The notes under the pieces: generated by a model | Told to the model about the DNA's origin: nothing | Seen by the model: the letters and a program-made list of their open reading frames with translations, nothing else | Databases searched by the model: none | DNA from: an uncultured Chryseobacterium sp. | Lineage (GTDB): Bacteria; Bacteroidota; Bacteroidia; Flavobacteriales; Weeksellaceae | DNA: 64,000 nt | Reading direction: 5' to 3' | Assembly: GCA_913778505.1 (NCBI GenBank) | Contig: CAJYWD010000046.1 | Location: 10,566-74,565, forward strand | Program-made: the position numbers and the translations under genes | Shown: positions 62,401 to 64,000 of the stretch, one piece after another | How the letters are laid out: every line of letters starts with the position of its first letter | Numbering within the stretch: position 1 is the first letter of the stretch

Positions 62401-64000
62401 GTAGTAAGACCATCTCCTATAGCACGTGTATCATAAGCTAAAGAACCTGCACTAAGTGAACTACACAATCTCAATCTCAAATAAATTTTCGTACTGGTAA
62501 TGTTGACTGTAGTAGTTGACGGCCAGGTAAGGGTAACGGTACCGTTACTGGTATTGTTAGCCACAGATGCTGACATAACTTCTCCAGCTTCAAATATACC
62601 GTTGCTATTAATATCCAGCCAGCCATACAATGTTTTGGCAGATCCTGAAGTGTTGGTTACTTTTACAACTAAAGAATAAGCAGTTGCCACCTTAATATGA
62701 TTCACAGCAGGATCTATGCCGTCTTCATCCAAACCATCACCATTGCTGCCATTGTTATCCGCACCTGCTGCTACAGAAGATGCAGAAGATTCTTCATCTG
62801 GCTGTGTGCCTAAATACAAAGTGCTGGCCGATATATTTCTTGCAGAGACTTGTGTTGTACCGTTTGGTTTATCATAAGATAAGGGAGCATCGCCATAATC
62901 GTAAAGAGTGCTTACCACAAACTGATAGTCTTCAATCTCTCCGTCACCTGTAGCCGCTCCATAACTTCTTGTATCAATCATTGTCTGGGTAGCATTGTTG
63001 GCATTCGTAAGTAAAGCATCCGATAACCTGAATCTCACATATGTTTTTCCTGATGCAATTACAGCAGAAGATGCATTAGTATTATTCCATGTTAATGTGA
63101 TATTAGATGTTCCGTTGGTGGCACCTAAATAGGGAGTAGTACTTGCTGTTCCTGCTTCATCACCGCTGAATTTGCCGTCACCGTTCAGATCCAACCAGCC
63201 GTAAACATAAGCATATTTCGCAGCTGCTGTCTTATTATTTACAGGGATGCTAATAGTAAACGGTGCGCCGCTGGTAATCGTCTGAGGCGTAGTTATCGCA
63301 TCTTCATCCGCTCCGTCTCCATTGGTACCGTTATTGTCTGCCGGTGAGGTGACACTCGCAGGAGACAATTCAAAATCAATGGTATTACCCATCGTAAATG
63401 ATGCTAATCCTGTAGCGTCATTCGTTTGAGAAGCCGCTGTCGAAGTACTTCCGCTTTCATACGATACCGGGGCATCTCCAAAGTCTCGAGTTACCGTCAA
63501 TTGGTAATCTTCTACCTCTCCAAAAGATGCATATTGGTAAGCTCCCGTTGATGTACCGTCAGCAATAGCTCTTTCGTCGACCACCGCATTACCTGTATTG
63601 TCTCCAATTGATGACAATGGATTAGCCTGTATCAGTCTTAGTCTCAAATATACTTTTTGGGTAGAGGCTGCAATAGTGTTCATCTGTGCAGCGGTAAAGC
63701 CTATCGTTACAGAAGTAGCATTTGGAGCTACATTCACTGCTCCGCTGTTGCCTGCTAATTCTCCTGCTTCAAATCTTCCGTTGTTGTTTAAATCGAGCCA
63801 AGCATATAAAGTAGCATTAGCTGTCGTCGTATTCTTAACATTTACCGTGTAATTGTTGATCACATTGGTACGGATGTTCAGCTGTGAAGCAGAAAGACCG
63901 TCATCGGAAACTCCGTCTCCGTTGCTTCCGTTGTTATTAGCTCCTGCGGCTACGGAAAGCGGTGCGCTTTCTACCGTATAGGTGCTTCCCAAATACAAAT
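59496..64000 (-). CDS. Giant surface adhesin (5' end beyond the window): at least 4 GEVED domains, L-type lectin domain, TSP3-like Ca-binding repeats, non-T9SS C-terminal module
   Basis: GEVEDY/GEIEDY x4; DxDxDGxxDxxDxDxDNDG x4; QLTPNTNSQAGRAW...ADGMAVVF...ALELDTY lectin motifs. The frame is open to the window edge. Confidence 0.88.
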   Translation of the reverse strand, partial: LYLGSTYTVESAPLSVAAGANNNGSNGDGVSDDGLSASQLNIRTNVINNYTVNVKNTTTANATLYAWLDLNNNGRFEAGELAGNSGAVNVAPNATSVTIGFTAAQMNTIAASTQKVYLRLRLIQANPLSSIGDNTGNAVVDERAIADGTSTGAYQYASFGEVEDYQLTVTRDFGDAPVSYESGSTSTAASQTNDATGLASFTMGNTIDFELSPASVTSPADNNGTNGDGADEDAITTPQTITSGAPFTISIPVNNKTAAAKYAYVYGWLDLNGDGKFSGDEAGTASTTPYLGATNGTSNITLTWNNTNASSAVIASGKTYVRFRLSDALLTNANNATQTMIDTRSYGAATGDGEIEDYQFVVSTLYDYGDAPLSYDKPNGTTQVSARNISASTLYLGTQPDEESSASSVAAGADNNGSNGDGLDEDGIDPAVNHIKVATAYSLVVKVTNTSGSAKTLYGWLDINSNGIFEAGEVMSASVANNTSNGTVTLTWPSTTTVNITSTKIYLRLRLCSSLSAGSLAYDTRAIGDGLTTGVYGTSTIGEIEDYQITVNPGFDFGDAPATFEMNGASTSVSVPARHQTASNLYLGSSYDLEMANQPVAASADSNGTNGDGADEDGITATLPAFGPTTTSYSVNVNVYKTIAGTATLHGWIDMDGNGKFSVYEYTSATVTGTAGAQNVTLTWASPFYESTANTKTYMRLRFTTASLADDDSTSGVDERAIGDGLSTGTYTTSTAFANGEIEDYSLPVSGYIDSDGDGITDNIDLDDDNDGILDCVENGITNDPNDAFKIGGNANVPTSNVGSPTGPSYQIQLTPNTNSQAGRAWTFGQIDFSKSFAFTMKVYLGSNSNGADGMAVVFHNSSAGYNAIGDSGGGLGAKYIANGVALELDTYSNSGAPDYDPSYDHGTIRKTSDWSALSSTAQLSATSGNVKDGKWHEVSFYWSVATHTLRYTFDGHDVTSYTFPATGTNSITGIFGGTKAYFGYTASTGLYTNDQRIAFDNPCTIPLSTDTDGDGILNSLDLDSDNDGCLDAIEGDENVRASMLVASASTLSVGTGSSASNQNLGTTVDTQGIPTVVNNGGAADVGGDQGQGIGYSQNSTINACNDIDGDGVPDINDLDNDNDGILDADEDCISTTTITLGRTTTSNATFSVVGGDGSVNPVTSGYTYWIGQSSQDESILYTFPYPVYSLQIPQTINISGTSTASELLEVYINGSLYPITSSMVTGLSATSYITSSGAIGSTNDGTVNFTSIAINYPQGINSIRIRNNPNGYSGNGWEMNAVKLLSRSTCNADYDNDGIRNSLDLDSDNDGCLDAIEGDENVTGSMLVNAYTGLSVGAGSTASNQNLCAGSGCVDSQGVPTIVNAGGAADIGNDQGQGVGTSKDSTQKDPACTSACYKPAAIGGTTLDTKHGITALGRAGTTNNDWPMARKGAWTALESKEKGFVINRVDTTADLSNITNPIEGMMVYDKQAACLKVYTTKAGDSSPAWHCMNTPACPD

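Overview
Bacteroidota chromosome segment, most likely Chryseobacterium or another Weeksellaceae genus. This is inferred from a SusC lacking the N-terminal CarboxypepD-like domain, a GLPGLI gene and TAnnTTTG promoters. Bases 1-39.2 kb form one co-oriented minus-strand polysaccharide utilization locus for decorated (glucurono)arabinoxylan. In transcription order it reads: NrtR-type (Nudix-wHTH) regulator, xylB, xylA, susC, susD, uxuA, uxuB-like SDR, GH95, GH43, GH43, dual CE1 esterase, GH27, two GH43-CBM6, GH97, GH115, GH3, GH51, araB, araD, araA (araA runs off the window). No endo-xylanase is visible. Its intergenic gaps hold several palindromic repeat families (some nested), 7-bp periodic arrays and four GT-N7-AC operator-like sites. 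39.7-47.7 kb holds a PAP2 gene, an internally deleted BCCT transporter, DUF389, a Crp-TauE-persulfide dioxygenase/rhodanese-YeeE-YeeE cluster with a duplicated 28-bp upstream motif, and a VIT1/CCC1 remnant. 47.7-64 kb is accessory: outer-membrane beta-barrel receptor, TPR-AraC, GLPGLI, ECF sigma/anti-sigma/DUF4097, an HExxH protein, and a four-gene surface-protein locus. That locus has a giant GEVED/lectin adhesin with a non-T9SS C-terminus, a partner sharing that C-terminal module, and two paralogous membrane proteins. No rRNA, tRNA, CRISPR, transposase or integrase was recognised. Family assignments come from motif recognition by eye, not database searches.
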